A DNA stretch of 38,494 bases from Cystobasidiomycetes sp. EMM_F5 (GCA_051047955.1 JBPGPT010000012.1:496001-534494); one strand, 5' to 3'; positions 14,122 through 26,322 are shown, counted from the first letter of the stretch. The notes: a model not told the origin generated them from the letters alone. Translations and numbers: made by a program.

Positions 14122-14684
14122 CTACGAAACGGAACGTCGACGTGCCACAACGCTGGTCGAGCGCGGTGAACCGGTTGGACTGGAGTAACAGAGGTGACGA
14201 CGGAGCCACCGTCCCGATGTATCAGTACCGTAGCTTCATACATTCGACCAAGTGCACTCACGTGGATGATCGCCTCCAGGTCTGTGGGTATACCAGAGAA
14301 GGGATCCATCGCATCTGTTGTCGGTGCGGCTTGTCTGTTGGTGGAGAGCTGCACAGTTGGGAAAGGTGTTCAGCCGACTTTCCACGACGATTCGCGGCAT
14401 TCATACCTGAGAGGGTGAAAACCGTACAATAATCCCCCGGTCTTCTGTTCATTAAGTATGTAGTGGAAGCGGACACCTTCATCTGGCCACTGTTCACCCC
14501 AACTTCGCAGGTACTCAAGAACGGGTTTCTGAAACCGTTCTGCGCGAATCTTCGCTTGCCAGTCGCGTGAGGTGTAAAAGATCTCGCCCTCATCAGCCAG
14601 GACAGCTCTTTGGTAAATTGTTAGTTCAGGAAGGTGCTCCACGGGTCGTCCTCGAGGACGCGCGCGCTCGTAAGTGGGGGCCAT
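14122..14684 (-). CDS. Hypothetical protein, tandem-family copy C (140 aa; exons 14684-14407, 14348-14262, 14179-14122)
   Basis: EGEIFYTSRDW, PVLEYLRSWGEQWPDEGVRF, exon 2 KPHRQQMRWIPSLVYPQTW, tail TPTGSPR...RRRSVS; donors GTATGA and GTGAGT. Confidence 0.78.
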
Positions 14685-15133
14685 ACCGCAAATATACTTG
14701 CCAGCAATTTCGTTCGGACGTATGCCGAGATGGGAAACAGATGACTTCCGCTGGGTCCCAGAGAATGTTGCAAGCTTGAATGGGCGGTACCGGCCTGTGC
14801 ATCCCGTATTGCGGTGTGCACCGCTCCGGTGTGCGTACCGGATGGGAAGAGGTATCTTTGGGATGCGGCGATGCCTTGTTAGCCATGTCAAACGAAAGCA
14901 ACTCAAGCAGCATGCGAAAGAATCAGTCGTTTTCATCAACGCGCTGTTGCACGTGCATATGGAAGTGTATCAGTCACAGAGTCAAAAAGGACAACAATCA
15001 TTTGATGCAAAAATGGTTAGTGATAAAGGGCGTGGAGGGAGGACGATCAAGCCGTGACGGAGGCGCATGTTGCAGCGCTAACGAAGTAGCTGCTCAGGGA
15101 ACATACTGCAATATCAAGGTGAGACATTGTGTG

Positions 15134-15698
15134 CTAGCCGGACCGCCTACGTGGTGGTCCCCGATACGTATCCGCTCGCGGCGTGCCAACAGGACTAGAA
15201 AACCTCGCCAAATTGCGTTAATGCATCAGTCACATTACTTATCGACGGATGCAAGGCATCGAGCTCACGTCACACGACATCCCCAGGTCGCCTGATACAC
15301 CTGGGAGGGCATCCAGTCCATGAGATCTGGATGTGGCTTGTATGGAGTGGGAGGGCTATTCGCCGCCAACATTCAGCCTGGTAGTCCATCAGAGACTCCG
15401 GCACGCAAATCACCGACCAATTTTTGGCGAAAGCGTACAGCCGCTGGCCGCCTATACCTTGCTTGATGACATACTGGAATTTTAGGCCCCCGTTTGGCCA
15501 CTGCCCTCCATGACCTCTTAGATGATCAAGAACGGGGAGATCGAATTCTTGCTCGCATATATATGTATTCCAATCTCTTGAAGTGTAGAAAACTTGGCCT
15601 TCGTAGGGCAGGACGGCAGAATAGTAAACGATCATCGTCTGCGGTGGCGTTCGCGGTGGAGACGATGAACGACCTCGCTTCTTGATGGTCGGAGCCAT
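15134..15698 (-). CDS. Hypothetical protein, tandem-family copy D (142 aa; exons 15698-15418, 15355-15269, 15194-15134)
   Basis: EGQVFYTSRDW, PVLDHLRGHGGQWPNGGLKF, exon 2 KPHPDLMDWMPSQVYQATW, tail TPVGTPR...RRRSG. Exon 2 is 87 nt, as in copy C. Confidence 0.78.
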
Positions 15699-16379
15699 AG
15701 CTGTTGACAAGAGTCGGTCTCGATACACCTGCAGATATGAGTATAAGTACTGCAGGATCCAGGTAACAAGCCTGCTTTCGTATGGCATTTTGGACAAATT
15801 CGTTGCAATCTACAGTAACCTTAAGCTTTGCCATTGTTTTTCTCATGCACCGCTAGACAGTACGTTGTGCGAGGTGAACGCACTTTGCGCATTTACGGGA
15901 AAGTGATGCACCGAGTGTGTGAAGTGCGACAGCTCGATCTGCATGCATATATGCAGACGTGACGTACACGAAATGGAGCGAGTCAGTTGGACTCCTGGAT
16001 CAGCGGAATCTGACGGGGTCAGCCAGGTTACGGTAGATTGAGAGCGTTGTTCTGATATATCTTTCGACATTGCTGGGATGTCAAGAGCCAAAACGCGCAA
16101 AGTTTGGACGCGCATATGGCCCCGATCGCACTCGTTGTTGTTTTGATGTTTGTCGTCTACAAAGCTGCACAACACCAACCAAGGGTGCTGCTGTATCATC
16201 TGAGGCTGATTGATGCACGACTACTGCAACGCTGATATTCCAATGTACCATCTCCGCTGAATGGGTACGACGAGACTCCTGGCAAAACAAACGTGATCGG
16301 CCATGAACATCGGCCATTTAGGACTCGCTTAGCGGCCCCTCTACGAGCGATACGTGCAGCCCTCAGCGTGCTTACCAGA

Positions 16380-19220
16380 ATGCCAGGCTCAAGCAAGGGC
16401 AATGGTTTACTCGTCCCGCCAACCGATAGCGACGACGACGATGACTTTGATGAAGATATCGTGATGAGGACGTCCAGCAGTAAGGAAGTTGGCGTAGAAA
16501 AGGCATCGAATGCACGTCCATCGAGCAAGCAACTTCATTCACTGGCATTGGCCCGGTTGCAGAGCGCACATCAAGCCAGTAGATCGAAAAGACGACCTTC
16601 AAATACCCCAGAACGAGGCAACATTGCATCTCACACGCACAATTCGCACTCGATCGACGGTACATCCTCTTCGCTGATTCGAGAGGGCCGGAATAGCTCT
16701 CCTGAAAGGCACCACCATGCAAGCAAGAGGCAAAAGATAGATACTACGGCAGACAAGACAAAGCAAAATAATACACTTGTGTACGAAGTGTTGGACGACG
16801 ACAGTGACGAAGATGTGCAGCCCTCTATTTTACAAAGCAGCCATGAAGACGACGAAGACAAGTTGCCCCCGCCAATAGAGCAAACATGGAGACCACGAGC
16901 TAGGCCGACGTTTGCAGGCAACAAGCGGTCGTCTCCTGCAGTAGAACTGCACAACTCAGTAGGAGACAGCAAGTCGAGGCTGTATACAGATTGGCGCGAG
17001 CCGGAAGATGGCTCAAGAGCCACAGACTCTTCGCACATGGAAGTGGATTTTGCAAGTGCAACGGGATCCACATCCGGAATAACGGATGCGCGACCGCCGC
17101 GCTCAAACAGCCCTCTGGACCTGGGCTTTGACTTCCTGTACAAGTCACAAAATACCTCAACGAAACCGGACGAAGACGCTCAAGCCGAAGCATCGTCTTC
17201 AAATCGCCACACAGGGCCGTCCAGTTCCACCAGTGGGCAGGTTCAATCGCATGATATGCCCTCTCCCAATCTGGGTTCCATACCAATCGCGTCACCAACT
17301 TCCACCAGCGACTCCGCAACACTTCAATCCGATCAAGCATCAGCATCATCCCTAGCTCCGTTAATGCCAGCAGGAATGTTGCTCCCCACTCCTCCTTCTC
17401 CTCCACCAGCAGCACGAGCTGTCCAGTACCCTTCACCATCGCAATCAGCATATGCCGCAAGTTCACGTTCTTCAGCAGTTGCTTCAGGTAGCAGTACAGC
17501 CATGCCCATCGAAGCGGATTCGGCGCCTTTTCACCGCGAGCCGGCGACGACTTCGAGATTTTTCGTTCGAGGATCGCCCGTTGCTGCAGCGGCAGCAGCG
17601 GCAGAAGCTAGAAACAGGGCGCAGAAAGCGTCCACTGTGCCGTTTAGGAAGGATGAAAGTGCATTCGTAATGAGTTCAGACTTTGCTGTGACTTCTTCGA
17701 AACATCATCCTCCGGCAGAAGCTGGTCCGTCGCGAGGTAGTCATACAAGTAGACCTAGCGGTAGTAAGTTTAAATTTACTGGCGACAATGGTGCCATTGT
17801 AGCACCTCCTGCAAGACCGGCTGCAACTACAAGCACAAGCAAGCAGGAAAGACAGCTGCAACGTGCGGAAACTGTGGACCGAAACGTTGCTGCACCTGCC
17901 AATCTCCCCAAGACCTTACAATACGCCACTGCTCCCGCAGCTGTGCGTCATGAATCACCTCAAACGTACAGGGGCGAGCGACAGCCTGTCAAAGGCTCGC
18001 GACAACCTTCTCCAGTACCGAGTGAGACACTACGAGCTGAAGATGGCGATGAAGCACTACTTCAGTGTTCGATTTGCGGTGGACTTGTGAGAGCACTACA
18101 CACACACTGATCGTTTGTGGTGATGAGACTAACGATGCTCCTGCCCAGTATCCCGAAAGCATGCTCGACGAGCATGAGCAAAGCGAACTCGCAAGCATGG
18201 CAGGTCATGGTCTAACGCCTGTCGCAACGGCAGCCCCCGCTCCCACAACAAGGCCCTTGGCTGCGATTCGCACATCCTCCCCGAAGAGGGCTAATCAGTC
18301 TGTGCCCTTCCAACCGACAAACCCTCCCGGGCTACTACGTGGCTTACGCAAAGAGCCTTCTCTTGCCGAAGTACTCTTTGGAGAAAGTGACAGCACGACT
18401 GCTGCCAAAGGCCGTGCTGTGAAACCGTTGACAGGCAAACAAAAAGGCAAGGCCCGCATGCGCGATGACGAAGATCAGGATATGACAGTCCACGATGAAG
18501 ACGGGGACTGGGAAACTATTCCGGACGGCTGGCTTGAGGACTTGGTGCCTATCCAAGACAGCAACGTATCAATCGCTGCCGCTAGTAGGCCGCAGCTCGC
18601 ACCTCCGGGCCCTCGCCAGCCATCCAAGCCCATCAAGAAATTTGCTGCCGTCATTGATATTCCTGATGATGATATGGATCATGTTGAAGGCACTGTGATT
18701 GCGCATCAAAAGAGGACTAGCAAAACTCCCCTTCGCCAGCAGCAGTCTAGGCAGATTACTCAGGAGGAACAAGCGGAAGAGTTTGGCATCATGAATGTCG
18801 GCAAATCTCCCGCCAAGGGATTGATCCTCCTTTCCGATTTGAGCGTAGATGACCAGGACAAATGTAAGGCAAGAAGACGTAGGCCATCCCAAATCGCTGA
18901 CTGTTCTGCCCCTCACCGTAGATTGGCAACTGATTGGCTCAACCCTCGAGACTTCAGGCCTTCAGACGAGTACGCAGCAGCGCAAAACTCGCAATGTAGC
19001 ATCTGTACAGAAACCAAGGAACGATGTACACGCGCCACCCTCTGGAATGCGAGCAGAATGGGCAGGTCTGGTAAATCAGCCAGCACAGCGGGCCAAGACA
19101 CAGCCGCAGAAGAAAACGTGGTCCCAACAAGGCAGAGGAAAGGCTGGCGGCAGTGGCAGTGGCATTCGTGCAATGAAGGCAGGTCCAGCACGAAAGGCGC
19201 CAGCGTCTAGACGCAATTGA
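16380..19220 (+). CDS. Large, mostly disordered S/P/D-rich hypothetical protein with a UBZ-like zinc-finger motif; 3 exons
   Basis: Long open frames joined by GT-AG introns near 18087-18149 and 18864-18920. Spliced CSICGGL|YPESMLDEHEQSE; NLS-like KRQK; basic C-terminus. Confidence 0.7.
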
Positions 19221-19270
19221 CACTGGTGGCAAAATATGGTACTGGTCATGAGACGCAAACCCACTCATTT

Positions 19271-19612
19271 CCCCCTTTACTTGACGTTGTGGATGATGAA
19301 AATGCTACTGCAACTTATGACAGTACGTGCTGGTAGTGGGTAATCATGTTTCAAAGACGTAGCACTGACGTCCGAGCGGGGAGAAAGCTGCTGCGCGTAG
19401 CCGCATTCGCCACAGACGTCGACTGACCCGTGACAGCTAATGGTGTATATTTGGGATGCACCAGTCTAAAGCGCCATGACAGCATAGTGACAAAGCAAGT
19501 CACATTCGGCAGTGACTTCAAACGCAGTAGACGCCTTCCACGTCAGTCGCGGTCACCATGACGCCTCATTGACGACCACATCACATGGTGAGAAGGGTGT
19601 CCAAGTTATAAA
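19271..19612 (+). promoter_or_regulatory. Putative stress-responsive promoter: TATA box plus clustered TGACG (ATF/CRE half-site) motifs and a CCCCT
   Basis: TATAAA at 19607-19612, 64 nt before ATG 19676. TGACG at 19282, 19366, 19559, 19570 and reverse at 19541; CCCCT near 19272. Short motifs, so function is inferred only. Confidence 0.35.
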
Positions 19613-19675
19613 TTGGATTGCTTCAGACATCAACCTTGCCTATGCTCATTCATATCTAACGATCAGCTCAACACA

Positions 19676-20464
19676 ATGTCCCTCTCTAACAACAACAACA
19701 ATTTCAATTCAGACGCAGAGAGACGTGACTTTGTCGGCCTCGGCGGCAATCAGGCTGTTGAAACAGGCGCAGGCTATAGCGGCCTTGACAGCAATTCCAA
19801 CGCTGGCCGAGCTTTCGAATCGTCCTTTGATGGACAACGTGGGGCAAACAATGCCCATTCAGGCAGCACCGGTGGCCCGCTCTCGTCAAATGCAAACGAT
19901 GGGTACAATACCTCGCACAACACAGGAGGATCTGGCCTCAGCACCGCCAACCCTAGCTCCAACTTCGGCAGCGGCAATGGTCTCGCAGGCTCCAGCCTGG
20001 GCTCAAATCCCTCGGGCGAAAGATATGCAACAGGCGTAAGCGGCATTGACAACCGTCAAGAGTACAAGTAAGAGACTACCCTTCATACGATACTGCCGCT
20101 GACCTTCTTCGTTGACAGTGATAACGTTCCTGTCGGGAGTGCTACTGGCGCTGCGACCGGAACTCATCTCGGCCATGAAGGTCATCATCATCATCAGGAT
20201 AGTCAGCGGGTCGAATCAGTTCACCAGGCTGGCCACGACCATCACGCTCATGACTATCATGACAAGCATTATGACAAGCACCATGACAAGCATCATGACG
20301 ACGGGCACAAGCCTAGTCTCGGCGACAAGGTGTCCGGCACCCTGGACCAAATCAAGGGAACTGTGACCAAGAATGAGGCTCTGAAGGAAGAAGGTCGACT
20401 GCGTAAGCAGGGAGACACAGTAGCGGGTGGAGACGTGCCCGTCAACAATGCCAATCGATACTAA
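19676..20464 (+). CDS. Gly/Ser/Asn-rich hydrophilin-like stress protein with His-rich tract and CsbD-like C-terminus (exons 19676-20067, 20119-20464)
   Basis: GT-AG intron 20068-20118 restores frame. C-terminal KPSLGDKVSGTLDQIKGTVTKNEALKEEGRLRKQG resembles fungal CsbD-like hydrophilin tails. Confidence 0.75.
20258..20302 (+). repeat. 12-bp coding tandem repeat encoding (H/Y)DKH
   Basis: catgacaagcat tatgacaagcac catgacaagcat catgacgac. Confidence 0.85.
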
Positions 20465-20630
20465 TGCCGTATGGCTTCACGAGATGGCGATAAGAACCAA
20501 GTCACCAATCGCCTTGCTCGCTTTCGAGGCGTCTAGCTTACGTCCTCCGTATGTAACAAATATATTGTAGCCAAATTAAACATCATTCGCGTGGCTTTAT
20601 ACCGTGGAGCTTTTGTCTCATGACCGAGCC

Positions 20631-21636
20631 ATGTCGCATTCGCACTCGCATGATGACGCTTTGCACAGCCATTCCCATGACGGATCTAAAGAACATGGGC
20701 ATACTCATGAAGTTATGGAGCATCCCGGAAAGTTTGCTATGCGCGACCTGCCGTCTTTCGACAACCGTGACTGGAAAGAGCGGGGTTTCACCGTCGGCAT
20801 AGGCGGGCCTGTTGGTTCTGGTGAGGGACCATCCTGACGTCCTGCTGTCCATCTTCTCTGACTGGCGGGTTATCAGGCAAGACTGCTTTGACGCTCGCTC
20901 TTTGCCGCCATTTCAGAAACAGGATTAACCTCGGCGTCGTCACAAACGACATCTTCACAAGGGAAGACCAGGAGTTTCTCATTCGCAACGATGCCCTTCC
21001 CGACAAAGGCCGTATCCGCGCTATCGAGACCGGTGAGCTTTGCGCTACTTGCTCCGCTCTTACACGGTCTGATTCCCACATTGCGCTATCGATAATACAG
21101 GTGGTTGCCCCCACGCCGCCATCAGAGAAGATATATCCGCAAATCTGAATGCGCTTGAGGAGCTGCAAGCGGAGTACAACTGCGAAATGCTCCTGGTCGA
21201 AAGCGGAGGCGACAATCTGGCTGCCAACTACTCGCGCGAACTGGCAGACTACATCATCTATGTCATTGACGTGGCAGGCGGTGACAAGTGCGTCGGCTAT
21301 GCTGAAGAATTCGCTCGTATCCTGGCCTGATGTTATACTTGCTGCTAGAATACCGCGCAAAGGCGGACCAGGTATCTCACAGAGTGATCTGCTTGTTATA
21401 AACAAAGTGCGCATAGTATTGCACTACGATGGAGAGCCCTGCTTATGGCTTGTGTGAACCCACAGATTGATCTAGCGCCTCACGTCGGAGCAGATCTTTC
21501 AGTAATGTCCCGAGACGCAGCCAAAATGCGGGATTCGGGACCAACGCTGTTCACCAGCGTCAGGAACAACAAGGGAGTCGAGGAGGTCGCTGCTCTCATT
21601 GAAGCGGCATGGAAGCACAGTGGTGCAGCTCAATAG
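20631..21636 (+). CDS. ureG: Urease accessory GTPase UreG with eukaryote-type His-rich N-terminus
   Basis: [92 protein letters not shown]. Confidence 0.96.
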
Positions 21637-21645
21637 AGCCGTCTG

Positions 21646-24202
21646 TCAGTCAAATCGAGCATGCTCAACGAGCCACTCAATTTCTGCCTGGAAGCTTCTC
21701 CGCTGGCCTACTGCGGTCTCGACGCGATGACCACACTCTGGGAAAACGACCATCTTGACCTTCTCGCCGTGTGTGCGAAGAGCTTGCACCCAAGCACGGC
21801 CTTGGGATCCAGCGACTCGCAGATCCTGCTCGCCAAGGATCATCAAAGTCGGCGGCACGCACGGCTTCGCTGTTGTACCTAGCAGTTTCGTAAGATGGTA
21901 GCTCGGCGAAGCCTTTCTGAGTTTGTCGAAATGTTCCTGTGGCACGAACGCTGGGGGGCTGTCGAAGGCGTACCGGACTCCGATTTGTTCAAGACACCTA
22001 AACCGTTAGGTTTCAGCGCTCTCAACCTGAGTGCTGACCTCACTTACCAGTCGGGTATGTCCACGACGGCGAAATTGCTGGGAACATCTATGACAGGATT
22101 GCTCAGAAGAGCAGAATCGAATCTTTCTGGAAACCTCGCGCTCAGATGCCCTGAGAGGAATCCTCCGTGGCTTCCGCCTTTGACATGACGTTTGCCTTTG
22201 GCTGTCGACACTAGGCCTTTTGATTCCAAAAAATCCAGCACAGCAAGTGTGGTGCGTACGTCCAGCTCCCCGCAGGCTTGCGTTAAACGCTCAATCTGCT
22301 TTTGACCAAATCCTGTGCTGCCCACATAGTTGACCAAAGCTACGGAAAATCCAGCTGCAACTCTGGTGTATCGTATCAGTCCGAAAACGTATACCCACCC
22401 TGACGCTGTACTTACAAAGCGTGTACATTCTTCGAATATGCATTGGAGTATGCTGAGTTTGGCCCTCCGTGTGGATATAAGATGAATGGAGCCGGGCAAG
22501 CCGGTCTACCGCCATAAGCGTCTTCAGAACATTATACCGCTGTATTAATATTGAGACGTACATTGAGAGAGAGGGCGTCACAAATATAGCTTCAGTCTGT
22601 TCAAATTCGGGAATCGAGATGATCGTAGCACGGAGATCTTGCGCCTGAGTTGCCCCACTGTGGAAAGTTGGCTTCCAAGCTTTCAGAAGCCTCCACTTGA
22701 CACCAACGCGGTCACCTGATGCTGAACCTGAGATTGTGCCGAAAAGTAGTTCCGGGTAGCTTGTACTGGAGCTACGAACAACGACAATGTGCTTGTGACC
22801 GTCCGTGGCCAACAAGGACAAAGCTTGCGGTGTCGTATCTGGGCTGTTCATGGCTTCGCCACTGGACTTTTCGGAATCATCACTCAGAATACGCACGTTC
22901 CCCGTATCAGCGCTGATACTCAGTATCTTGAGGAGAGAGCGCCACTGAGAATTGATGAGCAGTCCTGCTTCCTCCTCATCGGGATCAGATAGCTTGTTGG
23001 ATATCGTATCGCCATCCCGCAAGTATATGCCAGGAAACGGGTCTTGCTCGATCGTCGCATTATCGTAAGGATCATACACGGGCCCCACTAAGACTCTTGC
23101 ACTGTACTCGGCTGATAGCGGTAATTTAGCCGTTTGGATCGTAGCGCACGAGCCGTGTTCGTGGCCGAGAGGGTTGGAAAGCCAGTATAGGTAAGGAGTG
23201 CCTCTGTTATAGCGGACTGCCGCTGATCTAGCCGACACATCTGACGGACTGATTCGAGATGCATCGACAACTGAATCCGTGTCGTCGAGGCTAAGCTTGA
23301 GGCGATAGATTCCGGTCGGACGATTCACACACCACTGCAAAGATTACTTCAGACATCATAAGATCGCTTTACTGAAATGCATCCTCACGACTTGACCTAG
23401 CCGACGGCCGCTGGGCAACAACGAGTAGCCCGTTGCGAAAACAGCTAAGGTGCCTGGTTTTGACGTAGGATCGAAACACGGTTGAGCATATACAACATCT
23501 TGCAGGCCAGATTGGTGCGTTATTTGCCTGGAAGTAACCTTCGCTACGTCCCCGATGTCGAGGAGGAACAGCACTGGTCTCGAAGCCTTGTAGAGAGTCT
23601 CGCCAAAGTTGGGATAGTCCTCGAACGCTTCCAACGGCTTGTCTGCGTCTTTGTGGAAAGGTGGATTTTGCTCGGCGACGTACATAAGCATGTTCTGCTC
23701 TGCATTCCACGTAGGCTTTCCCCACGTATCTGACAAAGGCTCCTGTTAGCATCAACGTGTTTTCAGAACGGGCATATGTCTTACCACCAATAAGAAAATC
23801 CGCATGCTTGTCAGTAACGTCGATTTCAGCAACCAATCCATCTTGCGGTGAGTATAACTCCACAACCCTTTCCGTCTTGCCATTCTTGTCGGTAGCGACT
23901 CGAAAAACAATCTTGTATTGACCGTCGTCCGTAGCCGTCGAGTATTTGACTTCGTCCGGCACGGGTGTGAGTTCCGAGGTGAAGATCTCGTCACTTTGTG
24001 CAATAAATGAATAGGTCTGGGTAAATCTCCGCTCGCGCCGTGTTGTGTCAGATCGTATGCTACAATCAGCAATCACATGTACTTTCTCGCCGTTACGAAG
24101 AATCCGGGCTGAAGAGAACGACGGAATTCTTGCCATAGTCTGCTCAACGTCCAGAGCGCGCTGCACAGCTGGACTCGCTGCGGCATTGGATTGAGCCGTC
24201 AT
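21646..24202 (-). CDS. Acylamino-acid-releasing enzyme / S9C prolyl oligopeptidase family peptidase
   Basis: Nucleophile motif GGSHGGF, VNYVGSTGFGQ, Asp in GEQDLRV, His in CGHRV, preceded by a long beta-propeller-like N-terminal region. Confidence 0.88.
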
Positions 24203-24446
24203 CTGACTCGACGGAGATGTTAGGCTGCTCCCACGCCGCCAATGGATATCCTGGGATCACTAAGTCAATGTGTTAGTCTTTTTGGCAAGAATGTGACACA
24301 CTGCGCAGCCATCCATTTCGTTTGCGGTCGAACACCGATAAGCGAGATTCGGGTGATGGGCCTTTCTAAAGCTTGACGACACTGGACTCGAAGAACCGAC
24401 TATAGACAACATGCACTACCTATATTTACTGGAGATTGCCAATATC

Positions 24447-26322
24447 CTACCGCCGTCGTTGTCTCTCCATGTCCCGCAGGCGCCGGCCAGCGGCAACGAT
24501 ATCTACTGGTCGGTAGTATAGACTCGGTTGTGATGTAGTAGTCTTGTACCCGGACGTCCCTCTTGGTGGCATCCAGGCTGAGGGATCGCGGAATCCATCT
24601 TGTCGGGGCCGATCTTGCGCCGGCGCTACCGCAAAACCGTTTCGTCCAGATTGCGATGGAGGCGGGGCGTGGGAGCCGGAGCGCATTTGCGCACTTGGAA
24701 GGCTTACAGCTGCAAGCCGAGATACTGACGTTGTCATGGTACTAGGGCGAGGTATTACTGGCGCTTCAAGCCGATATGCCCATTCTCCTGCTGAGCTGTC
24801 GTACGAGGTTACCAACTCTAGCCGTGCGCGGCCGGACGTTTCTTCTTTCTGCACCAGGCTTCTTGCTGTCGATTCAGGGAGATATGTAACGTCCAGCTCC
24901 CGACCAACGCCCTCCGGCCAGACAGCACCCTGCAAAGCCTTCTTGGCACTTCGCGCGCATTGTATGTCCTCGTACTGCAGTGGTGATGTCGCTCAGTAAG
25001 CACGGTACCAGTGAGATGTGAGATCCCTATAGAACGTACAGTGAGATAGCAGTGGCTCTTTACGCTGTTGATCCAGAAGTATTCAAACGCTCCGTACTCT
25101 TCCAATTTTTCTCGCAATGCGGGAAGCGTAAACGGGCGAACGAGATGGGAGATACAAACGGTCTTGGACTCCGGAGGGCTGTCGCTGGGAATTTTTCCTA
25201 TTGAAGTGGTAATAAATGTTACTGCCTGAGCTTTTGTATGTGCCGGATCAAGCCGTACCTTGTAAACTTTGACTAGAGGCAGACGTATCTAAGTCTTGAG
25301 AAGGAGAGTCTTGAGGTATGCCCCTGGTCAACGATGCTGCGTCAAGACTGCTTTGCTCAATGTCTCTTCTATCTCGTGTGCCTGTATCATCGAGCCCCTT
25401 CGAAAATGAGGAAGATGTTTCAGCTTGCGAGGACAGTGGCACTGACAAGTTCTCGCCATCGTCAAAGGTGGTCGTCTCAGCTGCGTTTCCACTTGATTCG
25501 CCTGTAATAGTATTCGGCGCGTGCTCCACTTGCGGATTGTCCTCCTTCGCAGATCCGTTGAGGAGAGCAACCGCAGTTGGCAGATCATTCGAGTGTGAGT
25601 GCGCTACCTTTTGACGCTTGGCCTCGCCCCCTTCTGGGTCGTCTAGTCTGGCTGGGATGCCATCATTGGGCGGCTGGGCAGACTCCATTTGCACGGCAAC
25701 AGGCTTGACTGGTTCGGCCAGCGATTGGGAATCCATGGCAGGTTTCGTTTGAGGGTCTGCTTGATCTTCACGCTTCCGTTTTCTGTCATCAAGCGACAAT
25801 GGCGTATCGGCGGGAATGTCGGTGTGTACTGCATTTGGTGTAGACGATATCACACCCGGTGTTTGATCAATGGAATTGACGCTCGGTCGGACGACCGCGC
25901 TAGGTTCTGCAGAAGTATCAACAGTCGTACCAGCAGCACTTTCTTCGAGCGGTGGCTCAGTGCCAGCAATATCGGCTGCCGCTTCGACTGTCACCGCAGG
26001 TGGAACAGCAGGTAATTCCGACGGAAGGTTGTCCGTCGCTTGCATAGCTGCTTCTGCTATGGCAGGCGCGTCTCCGGAAGACTGAGCGGTCGCATCCGAT
26101 GATGCGAGACTTTCCAGTAGTCTATCCGTCAGTTCCTTCTTCAAGCCTTTTGTGGATAGATTCCTGGAAGCTAGTTCCGTTCTGAAAAGTATCACCGTCA
26201 GATGCTCACGTTCAGCATTCGTACGCTTGATTCCCTCATTACAGTCGCAATTGTGCGACTCACTTTAAATCCGCGACCTTCATTTTGGCAACAACATCAG
26301 AGGTCAACGCTTGCGAAGCCAT
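24447..26322 (-). CDS. Acinus-like protein: SAP domain, disordered linker, RRM and C-terminal RSB-like motif
   Basis: SAP MKVADLK|TELASRNLSTKGLKKELTDRLLE; RRM ISHLVRPFTLPALREKL..FWINSVKSHCY..GAVWPEG; tail YKTTTSQPSLYYRPV. Confidence 0.85.

Noticed and set aside
14370..15797. Unspliced ORFs 14370-14939 and 15270-15797 as complete proteins
   Set aside because: Homology begins at the internal MAPT starts and switches frame exactly at the predicted introns.
15843..16290. Possible fifth array copy (ORF 15843-16199)
   Set aside because: No WPxxG core, MxW exon or matching splice pattern found.
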